The notes under the pieces are model-generated. The model searched no databases. It had not been told where the DNA came from and saw only the letters and a list, made by a program, of their open reading frames with translations. A program made the position numbers and the translations under genes. 64,000 nt of DNA from Myxococcales bacterium (lineage in GTDB: Bacteria; Myxococcota_A; Polyangia; Palsa-1104), in the NCBI GenBank assembly GCA_028287105.1, contig JAQBQH010000289.1:4544-68543 (forward strand), in the 5' to 3' direction. Shown here in pieces: positions 30,430-41,349 of the stretch; the stretch's first letter is position 1, and every line of letters begins with the position of its first letter.

Positions 30430-30621
30430 TTAGGCGACCTTGGTAACCAGGCCCGAGCGCAGGCAGCGGGTGCAGACGCGGATGCGGACCGCGGTGCCCT
30501 CGACGAGTGCCTTGACGCGCTGAAGGTTGGGGCGCTGGACGCGCTTGGTCTTGATGTTCGAATGGCTCACCTTGTTTCCGGTGAGTCGGCCCTTGTTGCA
30601 GATTTCACACGTATTCGCCAT
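30430..30621 (-). CDS. rpmB: 50S ribosomal protein L28 (Zn-binding, CxxC form)
   Basis: CEICNK..GNKVSHSNIKTKR...PNLQ...VCTRCLRSG. Confidence 0.96.
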   Translation of the reverse strand: MANTCEICNKGRLTGNKVSHSNIKTKRVQRPNLQRVKALVEGTAVRIRVCTRCLRSGLVTKVA

Positions 30622-30696
30622 GGCTTCTGACTCCGAAGAGGCGCACCTTTTAACACCCGGGATACCGCGATGCAAGGCATTTTCGCGGGGTTCCGC

Positions 30697-32988
30697 GTGA
30701 AGCGCCCGGCTCTTTGGGGGGCGGCAGCGGCGCTGGTCATCGTCGCGATCGTCGTCGGCGTTCTATTAATAGGACGCGGGCGGAGCGGGGGTGGGGCGGG
30801 GAAGGTCGGCTCGGGCACGGCGGATGGCGGGGGGATACCGGGCAAGCTCGACCTCGCCGGGCGGGTTCTCGACCGGTTGGGGCGGCCGCTCGGGGGCGCG
30901 CGGGTGACGGCGCGGGTCGGTGAGGGCATCCCGGTCGTCGCGACCACGGATGAGCAAGGTCGCTATCGGGTGCGCATGACGTCGGCCGCGCCGGCGCGAG
31001 TGCGGGTCGAGGCGGAAGGGTTCGTGTCGGACGAGCTGGGGGGCGTGGTGCCGCCGCAGGCGGGCCTGGAGCTGTCGCTGGCGCGGCGGCTGGCGCTCGA
31101 GGGGCTGGTTCGCGAGCGCGGGCAGCCGGCGGGAGAGGCGGAGGTGACCATCGCCGGAGCTTCGGGCGTCAAGACGGCGAAGGCCGGACCCGACGGCGCG
31201 TTCAGCTTCGGCGCACTCGCCGAGGGGCGCTACGCGTTGCGCGCCGTGCGCGGCGACCAGGCAGCCTATCTCGACGGCGTGAACGTGGCTGTCGGCGACG
31301 CCGGCGCCGGCGTCGTCACCGTCGATCTGGCCCCCGCGACGGTGCTGTCGGGACGCGTACGCGAGCGCGGCGGCCGCGCCATCGCCGGCGGCGAAGTCAC
31401 CTTGAGCGAAGCGGACGGCGCGCCGCTGCCGCGCAGCGCCACCGCCGACGCCGACGGAAACTTTCGCTTCTCCGGGGTCCTTCCAGGCGCCTACGTCGTC
31501 GTTGCGCGCGCCGACGGCTACTACCCATCGGAGCCGCGCCCGGTGCGCGTCGGCAAGACGCCGCAGACTGTCGACATGCGGCTCGACTCCGGCGCCATCG
31601 TCGAGGGGCGCGTCGTCGACGAGCAGGCGCAGCCGGTGAGTGGCGCGGAGGTGGCGATCTCCGGCGAGTCGGCCGATGGGGGCCCCATCGCCATCACCGC
31701 GTCGTCGTCGAGCGTGCCGGCCGCGGGCGGCGCGCAGGTCGAGCTGGCCGGAGAGCTCGGGATCCTGCGCGGGCCGATTCCGTTTCCACCGCCGGTGCCG
31801 GCGCAGGTCGACGCCTCGCCCGCACCGGCAAAGGCGTTCCGCACCGACGAGAAGGGTGGATTCCGGCTGACCGGGTTGCCGGCCGGGCGGCTGGTCGTCG
31901 TCGCCACCCACGCCGACTTCGCGCGCGGCGCTTCGGAGCCGCTGCACGTGGTCGCGGGCGCCGATGTGCGCGTCACCGTGGTCCTGAGCCGCGGCGTCGA
32001 GGTGCGCGGGCGGATCGTCGACGATCATGGTGCCGGAGTGGGCGGAGCCGACGTCCTCGGCGACGGCGCCACGCTCGCGACCAGCGACGGCCGGGGCGAA
32101 TATCAGATCGCGCACGTCGCGCGCGCGCTGACGGTGACGGTGCGCGCGCCCGGCTTCTTGCCGGCGACGCGCGCCATCGCACCGTCGGAGCGCGGCCCCG
32201 TCGACTTCACACTGCGCCGCGCCGAAGGCCGACTCGGCGGCGTCGTCGTCGACGATCGCGGCGCTCCGGTCTCGGCCGCGCGCGTCGAGATCGCGTCGCC
32301 CCCGATGGCGCCGCGCTGGGTGACGACCGATCGCAGCGGCGGCTTTCGCGCCGACATGCTGGGCCCCGGGCCCTACCGCGTCACGGTCAGCCACGTCGAC
32401 TTCGCGGTGGCGAGCTTCGACGACGTGGCGCCGTCGGACGACGCGCGCTTGCAGATCGCACCGGGCGGAGGTGTCGACGGAGAGATTCGGGATGCGCGGC
32501 TCGGGGGCGTGCCGGGTGGGGCGCGGTTGGAGTTGGTGCCGGGCGGCAACGGGGTCGGTAACGGCAGCGGGAAGGGGAGGCCGATCGCCGTCATGGGAGG
32601 GCGGTTCCGGGCGGATGCGTTGCCCGTGGGCTTGGTGACGCTGGTGGCGGCGGCGCCGGGGTACGTGACGACGCGCAGGGAAGTGGAGATCGTTGCGGGG
32701 GATCGGTTGCACGACGTGACGGTGCGGGACGTGCGGATCGAGATGGAGCGGGCCGGGGTGGTGAGCGGGAGGGTGCGCGATGATCATGGCGATCCCGTCG
32801 CGGATGCGAGCGTCGCTGTTGGTGCGGGTGGGTTGCGGGGGCGGACGGATCGCGATGGGATGTTTCGGGTCGACGGGGTGCCGCCTGGGCGGGCGCGGGT
32901 GGTGGCGGAGAAGGACCGGGCGGCGGGGAGCGAGGAGGTCGAGGTGCGGGCCGGGGATGAGTCGCGGGTGGAGCTGAGGGTGCGGTGA
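30697..32988 (+). CDS. Membrane-anchored protein with multiple carboxypeptidase-regulatory-like (Cna-B/SdrD) repeats
   Basis: N-terminal TM; repeated G.V.D..G.PV.GA.V ... TD..G.F....L..G.Y.V.A. Confidence 0.85.
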   Translation: MKRPALWGAAAALVIVAIVVGVLLIGRGRSGGGAGKVGSGTADGGGIPGKLDLAGRVLDRLGRPLGGARVTARVGEGIPVVATTDEQGRYRVRMTSAAPARVRVEAEGFVSDELGGVVPPQAGLELSLARRLALEGLVRERGQPAGEAEVTIAGASGVKTAKAGPDGAFSFGALAEGRYALRAVRGDQAAYLDGVNVAVGDAGAGVVTVDLAPATVLSGRVRERGGRAIAGGEVTLSEADGAPLPRSATADADGNFRFSGVLPGAYVVVARADGYYPSEPRPVRVGKTPQTVDMRLDSGAIVEGRVVDEQAQPVSGAEVAISGESADGGPIAITASSSSVPAAGGAQVELAGELGILRGPIPFPPPVPAQVDASPAPAKAFRTDEKGGFRLTGLPAGRLVVVATHADFARGASEPLHVVAGADVRVTVVLSRGVEVRGRIVDDHGAGVGGADVLGDGATLATSDGRGEYQIAHVARALTVTVRAPGFLPATRAIAPSERGPVDFTLRRAEGRLGGVVVDDRGAPVSAARVEIASPPMAPRWVTTDRSGGFRADMLGPGPYRVTVSHVDFAVASFDDVAPSDDARLQIAPGGGVDGEIRDARLGGVPGGARLELVPGGNGVGNGSGKGRPIAVMGGRFRADALPVGLVTLVAAAPGYVTTRREVEIVAGDRLHDVTVRDVRIEMERAGVVSGRVRDDHGDPVADASVAVGAGGLRGRTDRDGMFRVDGVPPGRARVVAEKDRAAGSEEVEVRAGDESRVELRVR

Positions 32989-33021
32989 GGCGGGGCGGTT
33001 GAACCCGGCCGGTGTAGGAGG

Positions 33022-34704
<1,683 letters not shown>

Positions 34705-34755
34705 GGTTGAATGGAGACCGGGATCCGATCGTACAATCTGTCTAGAGGTGTGTAA

Positions 34756-35181
34756 ATGCAGAAGGTCGTCGCACTCATCGCAGGTCTATCCATTCCGGGC
34801 ATTCCCGCCCTCGCCTTGGCGCAGCCGCCAGGCGCCGATGCCTCCTACGTCCTCAAGGTCGACGCTCCGGCGGCGAAGAAGGGCGAGAAGGCGGTCGCCA
34901 GGGTCCACATCACCCCCGGCGCCGGCTACCACGTCAACAAAGAGTATCCCACCTCGCTGGTCTTCACCGCCGTCCCGGCCGGGGTCCTCGTCGACAAAAT
35001 GAAGCTGACCGGCAAGGACGCCGCCAAGCTCGAGGAGGCCGGCGCCGAGTTCGACGTCGCCTACACCGCCGCCCAGCCTGGGAAAAAAGTCGTCAGCGGC
35101 GAGCTCAAGTTCGCCGTCTGCAGCGCCACCACCTGCGATCCCAAGAAGTCGAACGTCAGCTTCGAGATCGACGTCAAATAA
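34756..35181 (+). CDS. Secreted DsbD N-terminal-like (Ig-fold) protein
   Basis: Signal peptide; GYHVN.EYP; VCSATTC. Confidence 0.65.
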   Translation: MQKVVALIAGLSIPGIPALALAQPPGADASYVLKVDAPAAKKGEKAVARVHITPGAGYHVNKEYPTSLVFTAVPAGVLVDKMKLTGKDAAKLEEAGAEFDVAYTAAQPGKKVVSGELKFAVCSATTCDPKKSNVSFEIDVK

Positions 35182-35203
35182 ACCGCGCGCTACAGTAGGG
35201 GTC

Positions 35204-37471
35204 ATGTCCCCCGACGATGGCGAGATCCCCAAGGACTCGCTTGCGCAAATCGGTCAGGAAGTCCGCGACAATTACACGCGCAACAAGCGCGTCATGTCGT
35301 TCGACGAGTTCTTCCAGCTCTTCCTCGCCCGTCCCGAGCAGTACGCGCGCAACGTGGCGCAGTACATCAAGGACGTCTTCGACTACTTCGGCAGCGAGGA
35401 GCTCAAGACCCCGCGCGGCACCTTCACGCGCTGGAAGCTCTTCGACGTCCCGTTCGACGGCGGCCGCGATCGCCTCGTCGGTCAGGAGGAGGTGCAGGCG
35501 CGCGTCTATCGCGTGGTGTCGAACTTCGTACGCGAAGGCACCGTCAACAAGCTCCTCCTCATGCACGGCCCGAACGGCTCGGCCAAGTCGACCTTCGTCA
35601 GCTGTCTGGTGCGCGCGCTCGAGTACTACTCGGGGCTCGACGAGGGCGCCCTCTACCGCTTCAACTGGATCTTCCCGTCGGAGAAGCTGCAAAAGAGCGG
35701 GCTCGGATTCAGCGGCGGCTTCCCGACGGGCGCGCCCGGCAGCTACGAGGGGCACGGCGACACCTTCGCCTATCTCGACGAGGACCTGGTCGACGCCAAG
35801 CTCGTCGACGAGCTGCGTGACAACCCGCTGCTCCTGATTCCCGCCAAGCGGCGACAGCAGCTCCTCGACGACAAGTTTCGCGGCAAGTCGTTCGACCCGA
35901 GCGACTACATCCGCTTCGGCGATCTCGGCCACAAGAACAAGCAGATCTTCGAGGCGCTGCTCGTCGCCTACAAGGGCGACTACCTGAAGGTGCTGCGTCA
36001 CATCCAGGTCGAGCGCTTCTACATCTCGCGTCGCTACCGGCAGGCCGCCGTCACCGTCGAGCCGCAGCTCGCGGTCGACGCGCAGGGGCGGCAGATCACG
36101 ATGGACCGCTCGCTCGGCGCGCTGCCGACGGCGCTGCAGTCGGTGGCGCTGTACGAGTATCAGGGCGAGCTGGTCGACGGTAATCGCGGCGTCATCGAAT
36201 ACGCCGATCTCCTCAAGCGCCCGCTCGAGGCCTACAAATATCTCCTCGGCACCGTCGAGCATGCCGAGGTCGCGGTGCAGAACACCATCGTCTTCGTCGA
36301 CGAGTTCTTCATCGGCTCGTCGAACGAGTCGCACCTGGCGGTGTTCAAGGAGGTGCCCGAGTTCCAGTCGTTCAAGGGGCGCCTCGAGCTCATCCGCGTG
36401 CCGTACATCCTCGACTACGAGGCGGAGCGCAAGATCTACGAGGAGCAGATCTCCGACTCGGGCGTGGGCAAGCACATCGCGCCGCACACCGCGTTCGTGG
36501 CGGCGCTGTGGGCGACGCTGACCCGCATGCGCAAGCCCCTGCCGGAGAAGTATCCCAAGGGGCTGGCCGATCTGGTCGCCAAGCTGACGCCGCTCGAGAA
36601 GGCGGAGCTCTACGCGCACGGCCGCGCGCCCGATGGCCTGACGCCCGAGCAGACCAAGGATCTCCTCGGCAACATCGACAAGATCTTTGGCGAGTCCGAC
36701 GCCTATCCCAACTACGAGGGGCGGACCGGCGCCAGCCCGCGCGAGATCAAGGTGCTGCTGCTCAACGCCGCGCAGCACCACAAGTACGCCTGCGTGTCGC
36801 CGCTCGCCGTCTTCGAGGAGATGGAGGAGCTGGTCAAGAACGTCACCGTCTACGAGTTCCTGAAGCAGGAGCCGCTCCCCGGCGGCTATCACGAGAACAA
36901 GAAGTTCATCTTCATCGTGCGCGAGAAGTTCCTCGACATCGTCGACGACGAGGTGCGCTCGTCGATGGGGCTCGTCGAGGAGCGGCAATATGCCGACCTC
37001 TTCGGCAAGTACGTCACGCACGTCTCGCACTGGACGAAAAAAGAGAAGATGCGCAACCCGCTCACCGGCCGCCTCGACGATCCCGACGAGGACATGATGA
37101 TCGAGGTCGAGAAGACGCTCGGCATGGGGCAGAAGCGCGACGACTTCCGCCACGAGGTCATCTCGCGCATCGCGGCGTGGTCGATCGATCATCCGGGGCA
37201 GAAGATCGAGTTCACCAAGGTCTTCCCGCGCCACCTGCAGCAGCTGCGCGAGAGCTACTTCGAGCTCCAGAAGAAGGTCGTCAAGCGGACCAACGAAGAG
37301 GTCCTGCAGTACCTCGCCGACGGCGCCGACAAGGTGAAGAACCGCATCGACCGGGAGGCGTTCGAGCGCGTCGAGACGACGCTGCGCAACCTGAAGCAGA
37401 GCTACGGTTACTGCGACAACTGCGCGCGCGACGCGATCTCGTACCTCATGCGCAAGCGCTACGCCGCGTGA
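35204..37471 (+). CDS. prkA: PrkA/YeaG-family AAA+ serine kinase-like protein
   Basis: LLMHGPNGSAKST, GELVDGNRGVIEY.DLLKRP, SNE, IAPHT, YEGR.GASPRE. Confidence 0.85.
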   Translation: MSPDDGEIPKDSLAQIGQEVRDNYTRNKRVMSFDEFFQLFLARPEQYARNVAQYIKDVFDYFGSEELKTPRGTFTRWKLFDVPFDGGRDRLVGQEEVQARVYRVVSNFVREGTVNKLLLMHGPNGSAKSTFVSCLVRALEYYSGLDEGALYRFNWIFPSEKLQKSGLGFSGGFPTGAPGSYEGHGDTFAYLDEDLVDAKLVDELRDNPLLLIPAKRRQQLLDDKFRGKSFDPSDYIRFGDLGHKNKQIFEALLVAYKGDYLKVLRHIQVERFYISRRYRQAAVTVEPQLAVDAQGRQITMDRSLGALPTALQSVALYEYQGELVDGNRGVIEYADLLKRPLEAYKYLLGTVEHAEVAVQNTIVFVDEFFIGSSNESHLAVFKEVPEFQSFKGRLELIRVPYILDYEAERKIYEEQISDSGVGKHIAPHTAFVAALWATLTRMRKPLPEKYPKGLADLVAKLTPLEKAELYAHGRAPDGLTPEQTKDLLGNIDKIFGESDAYPNYEGRTGASPREIKVLLLNAAQHHKYACVSPLAVFEEMEELVKNVTVYEFLKQEPLPGGYHENKKFIFIVREKFLDIVDDEVRSSMGLVEERQYADLFGKYVTHVSHWTKKEKMRNPLTGRLDDPDEDMMIEVEKTLGMGQKRDDFRHEVISRIAAWSIDHPGQKIEFTKVFPRHLQQLRESYFELQKKVVKRTNEEVLQYLADGADKVKNRIDREAFERVETTLRNLKQSYGYCDNCARDAISYLMRKRYAA

Positions 37472-37478
37472 CCGGGGA

Positions 37479-38591
37479 GTGAGCCGCGTTCGAGCGATCG
37501 ATTGGCTGCGCGGCCTGGTCATGATGCTCATGGTCATCGACCACGCCGGCGCAGCCTACGACTCGCATCATCTCCACGGCGACAGCGCCCGGGGCTGGAT
37601 GCCGGGCACGGTGCTGCCCGCGGGCGAGTTCCTGACCCGCTGGATCACGCACCTGTGCGCGCCGACCTTCGTGCTCCTGGCCGGCACGTCCCTGGCGCTG
37701 TCCTCGGAGCGGCGGCGCAACGAGCCCGGTCAGACCGCGTTCATCGTCAAGCGCGGCCTCTTCATCGCCATTCTCGATCCAACCTGGATGTCGTTCGGGT
37801 TCGCCCTGTTCGACATCGTCATCTTCCAGGTGCTGTATGCCATCGGCATGTCGATGGTGTGCATGGCGTTCCTGCGCCGGCTGTCGTCGCGCACGCTGCT
37901 CGCCCTCGCCGTCGCCATCCAGCTCTTCGGCGAATGTTCCAAGCTCGTCGCGCCGGCGTCGCAGCCGTGGCAGGGGCTGTGGGCCTGTCTGTTCGTCGGT
38001 GGGCCGGTCGTCCGCCGCTTGATTTGCGCCTACCCGCTCATGCCGTGGCTCTCGATCATGATGGTCGGCTGGGTGCTCGGGCGCTGGATCTCGGAGACCC
38101 GCGATCGTCCCAGCCGTTCGCGCGCGCTGCCGATGCTGCTCGTCGGAGTTGGGCTCCTGGCGCTGTTCGCCGTGGTTCGCGGTATCGATGGCTACGGCAA
38201 TTGGGACCTGCACCGCGACTCGATGTCGGCGTTGCAGTGGATGCACGTCGCCAAGTACCCGCCCAGCCTCGCGTACACCGCCCTGGAGCTCGGCCTCGCG
38301 TTCGTTCTGTTCGCGCTCTTCCTAGGGCTCGACGAGGGCGACGAGCCGGCGCTGCTCGAGCCGCTGGCGCTGTTCGGCTCGACGGCATTCTTCTTCTATC
38401 TGCTCCACGTCCATATTCTCGGCGCGACCATGCTGGCGCTCAACCACTTCGCCGGCCTCAGCCGCGATACCCACGGCCTCCTCAAGACCTACGTCGCCAC
38501 GGCGGCAATTATCGTCGTCCTCTATCCGCTGTGCGCCCGCTACCGCCGGTTCAAATCTGCGCATCCCGACGGCTGGACGCGCTACATCTGA
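37479..38591 (+). CDS. DUF1624/HGSNAT-like membrane acyltransferase
   Basis: IDWLRGLVMMLMVIDH, TRWITHLCAPTF, KYPPSL, FFYLLH. Confidence 0.85.
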   Translation: MSRVRAIDWLRGLVMMLMVIDHAGAAYDSHHLHGDSARGWMPGTVLPAGEFLTRWITHLCAPTFVLLAGTSLALSSERRRNEPGQTAFIVKRGLFIAILDPTWMSFGFALFDIVIFQVLYAIGMSMVCMAFLRRLSSRTLLALAVAIQLFGECSKLVAPASQPWQGLWACLFVGGPVVRRLICAYPLMPWLSIMMVGWVLGRWISETRDRPSRSRALPMLLVGVGLLALFAVVRGIDGYGNWDLHRDSMSALQWMHVAKYPPSLAYTALELGLAFVLFALFLGLDEGDEPALLEPLALFGSTAFFFYLLHVHILGATMLALNHFAGLSRDTHGLLKTYVATAAIIVVLYPLCARYRRFKSAHPDGWTRYI

Positions 38592-38608
38592 GCGGCTATA
38601 CCTAACGA

Positions 38609-39328
38609 ATGAACCTCCATGGGTTCACGCAAACGATGAAGGCCGGCGGTGTCACGCTCGGCGTCATCCTCGCGTGCTCAGTGCTGGCGCTCGCGGTAGG
38701 CCTCGAGCGCCTCGCCGCATTGTGGCGCTTTCTCGATCGCGCTCGCACACTCGCCGAAACCGTCAAACGCTGCTTGTATCGCGGCGCCGTCGCCGAAGCG
38801 CGCGCGGCCTGCGAGCGGAGCACCTCGCTCGCTGCCGAGTTCTTCCTCGTCGGCTTCGAGCGACATGGCCGCTCCAACGAGGGTGCGCTCGAAGCCGCCG
38901 TCGATCGCGAGCGGCAGCGCGTCGGCCTGGCGCTGAAGGGGCATCTCTGGATCCTCGCCACCGTCGGTGCGACGGCGCCGTTCATCGGCCTCTTCGGCAC
39001 GGTCTACGGAATCCTGCGCGCGTTCGAGCAGATCGGCGCGACGCATCAGGCCGGCATCGATGTCGTCGGTCCCGGCATCGCCGAGGCGCTCGTCACCACC
39101 GCCGCCGGCATCGTCGTCGCCATCGAGGCCATGGTCATCTACAACTACTTCATGGCGCGTCTTTCGCGCACGGTCCTCGAGCTCAAGCTCATGTCCGAGG
39201 AGTTCGTGGAGCTGTTGCGCGAGCAGAAGCCCGATCCGCGCCCGAAGTCGGAGAGGTCGGAGAAGCCGGAATCGGCCCAGTTGCAGCCGATCGCGGCCCC
39301 GGTCAAGCCGTCGCCGACGGAGGCCTGA
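38609..39328 (+). CDS. MotA/TolQ/ExbB proton channel
   Basis: LATVGATAPFIGLFGTVYGI, GIAEALVTTAAG. Confidence 0.93.
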   Translation: MNLHGFTQTMKAGGVTLGVILACSVLALAVGLERLAALWRFLDRARTLAETVKRCLYRGAVAEARAACERSTSLAAEFFLVGFERHGRSNEGALEAAVDRERQRVGLALKGHLWILATVGATAPFIGLFGTVYGILRAFEQIGATHQAGIDVVGPGIAEALVTTAAGIVVAIEAMVIYNYFMARLSRTVLELKLMSEEFVELLREQKPDPRPKSERSEKPESAQLQPIAAPVKPSPTEA

Positions 39329-39331
39329 GCC

Positions 39332-39769
39332 ATGGCGATGGGCGGACCGCGCAGCAGCGACGACTCCGGTGAAGGCGATCTCTTCGCCGACATCAACATC
39401 ACGCCGCTGACCGACATCTTCCTGGTCCTCCTCATCATCTTCATGGTGACCTCGTCGGTCATGGCCACCGACGGCGCTCGCGCGGGCGTGCGCGTGAACC
39501 TGCCCAAAGGCGCGACCAAGGAGATCTCCTCGAGCGCCAAGGACGTGACGGTCGCCATCACCACGGACGGCAAGATGGTGGTCGACGGGAAAGAGGCGTC
39601 GGCCGAGAGCCTGCGCAAGATGTTCGACGAGGCGCGGGCGCGCGACCCCGAGACTCAGGTGGTGGTGCAGGCCGACGAGGCGACCCATCACGGGCGCGTC
39701 GTCGCGGTGATGGAGCTGGCCAAGGCCGCCGGGCTGCGGCGTCTGGCCATCGCCACCCGCAGGCGCTGA
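39332..39769 (+). CDS. ExbD/TolR biopolymer transport protein
   Basis: DINITPLTDIFLVLLIIFMVT, VNLP, QAD...HG.VV.VM. Confidence 0.93.
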   Translation: MAMGGPRSSDDSGEGDLFADINITPLTDIFLVLLIIFMVTSSVMATDGARAGVRVNLPKGATKEISSSAKDVTVAITTDGKMVVDGKEASAESLRKMFDEARARDPETQVVVQADEATHHGRVVAVMELAKAAGLRRLAIATRRR

Positions 39770-39771
39770 CG

Positions 39772-41028
39772 ATGGGCCGCGGCACGAGCTCTCCAGCCGC
39801 CCGGCTCGTCGCGGCGGCAGTCGTGCTGCTGGTTTCGCCGGCTACGGCGTTCGCCGCGCCGGCCTCGCCGCCGCCGGGTGCGCTCTCGCTCGGTCCCTAC
39901 GTGCAAGACTTGCGCAGCGACGGCTTCACCGTCGCCTTCGAGACCGCCGCCGACGTCGTCGCCGAAGTCCGCGCCGGCAGTATCGTCGCCGCGACCCGCG
40001 GCACCCGCCACGAGGCGGTGCTGCGCGGCCTCGAAGCCGGAACCCGAGTGCCCTATCGGGTCTTCGTCGGCGGCCACGACGCCGGTGGTGGCGAAGTGGC
40101 CCTCGGCAGCGATCGCCCCATCCTCGACTTCGTCGTCTACGGTGATACCCGCAACGGCGACGATCGCGCCGCCGAGCTGGTGCGCGCCATCAGCGCGCAA
40201 CACCCCGACCTCCTGTTCCACACCGGCGACTTTTCGCCGCATGGCGGCGATCTCGTCGGCTGGCTCGGCTTCTTTAGCGGCGAAGCGGCCCTCTTGCGCG
40301 ACATCCCGCTCTATCCGGTCCTCGGCAACCACGAGATCTACCGCGACCCGTCCGCGGTCCAGTGGCGCCGCTTCTTCATCCCGCCCGACGGCGGACGCGA
40401 ACGCTTCTACTACGCTTTCCGGCAAGGTCCCGCCGAGTTCATCATTCTCGACGGCAACCATCCGGCGCCGGCACAGACCGCCTGGCTCTCCGCGCGCCTC
40501 GAGGCGGCTCGCTCGGACGGCGTCCGCCACGTCTTCGTCGTCGAGCATCAGCCGCCGCTCTCGCTCGGCGACCACTGCGGCTCGGCGGTGGAGCAGGCCG
40601 ACTGGGTCGCGCTCTTCGAAGCGCACCGCGCCCGTGTACGCGCCGTCTTTGCCGGCCACGATCACGCCTACGAGCGCATGGAGCGGCGCGGCGTGCGCTA
40701 CTTCGTGTCCGGCGGCGGCGGGGCGCCGACCTACAAGGAGCAGGAGGGCTGCGCGCCGTTCGATCACGCGGCGCGGCGCGTGTATCGCGCCGTACACCAC
40801 ATCGTCAAGGTCCACGTCGACGGCAACAACGTCGAGGTTGCCGCGCTGCAGCTCGACGGCACGCCCATCGACACGACCCGCATCACCGTAGGGGAGCCGG
40901 CGTTCGCGATGGACGCTCCGTCGCTGATCCCGGGCGCGCGGCGATCGACGCCGACCTGGACGCTCGCCGGCGGCGCAGCGATTTTCTTCTTGCTCGGTAT
41001 TTTTCTTCGCCGCCGCCGCCCGCGCTGA
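39772..41028 (+). CDS. Secreted metallophosphoesterase (purple acid phosphatase-like) with C-terminal TM anchor
   Basis: YGDTR, HTGD, LGNHE, EHQP, FAGHDHAYER, SGGGGA; TM followed by RRRRPR. Confidence 0.88.
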   Translation: MGRGTSSPAARLVAAAVVLLVSPATAFAAPASPPPGALSLGPYVQDLRSDGFTVAFETAADVVAEVRAGSIVAATRGTRHEAVLRGLEAGTRVPYRVFVGGHDAGGGEVALGSDRPILDFVVYGDTRNGDDRAAELVRAISAQHPDLLFHTGDFSPHGGDLVGWLGFFSGEAALLRDIPLYPVLGNHEIYRDPSAVQWRRFFIPPDGGRERFYYAFRQGPAEFIILDGNHPAPAQTAWLSARLEAARSDGVRHVFVVEHQPPLSLGDHCGSAVEQADWVALFEAHRARVRAVFAGHDHAYERMERRGVRYFVSGGGGAPTYKEQEGCAPFDHAARRVYRAVHHIVKVHVDGNNVEVAALQLDGTPIDTTRITVGEPAFAMDAPSLIPGARRSTPTWTLAGGAAIFFLLGIFLRRRRPR

Positions 41029-41091
41029 TCGCCATCCGCGCGCGCGCATTCGCCTTGCGCGCTCGGTACGCGCGATGCACATCACACGGGC

Positions 41092-41328
41092 GTGGGCAAG
41101 AAGCTGACAATGCTGACAGGGATGGTCGTGATGCCGGGCGGGCTGGTCCTGCTCGCCGCGATCGCGCTCGTCATCCTCCTCGCCCGCACCGCGCGCGGGC
41201 AGCGCCTCTTGTACATCGTCAAGCGGCGCGTCCCCCCCCGGCTGCGCGCGCACCTCAAGCGCGGCCTGATCATGCTGAGCGGGGAAAAGTTGTTCCTGCA
41301 ACCGCCCCCTACCGTTCACTCCGCGTAA
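41092..41328 (+). CDS. Small membrane protein
   Basis: MPGGLVLLAAIALVILL TM followed by a basic tail. Confidence 0.5.
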   Translation: MGKKLTMLTGMVVMPGGLVLLAAIALVILLARTARGQRLLYIVKRRVPPRLRAHLKRGLIMLSGEKLFLQPPPTVHSA

Positions 41329-41349
41329 CGAAACTTCCCGTCGTCGGAA

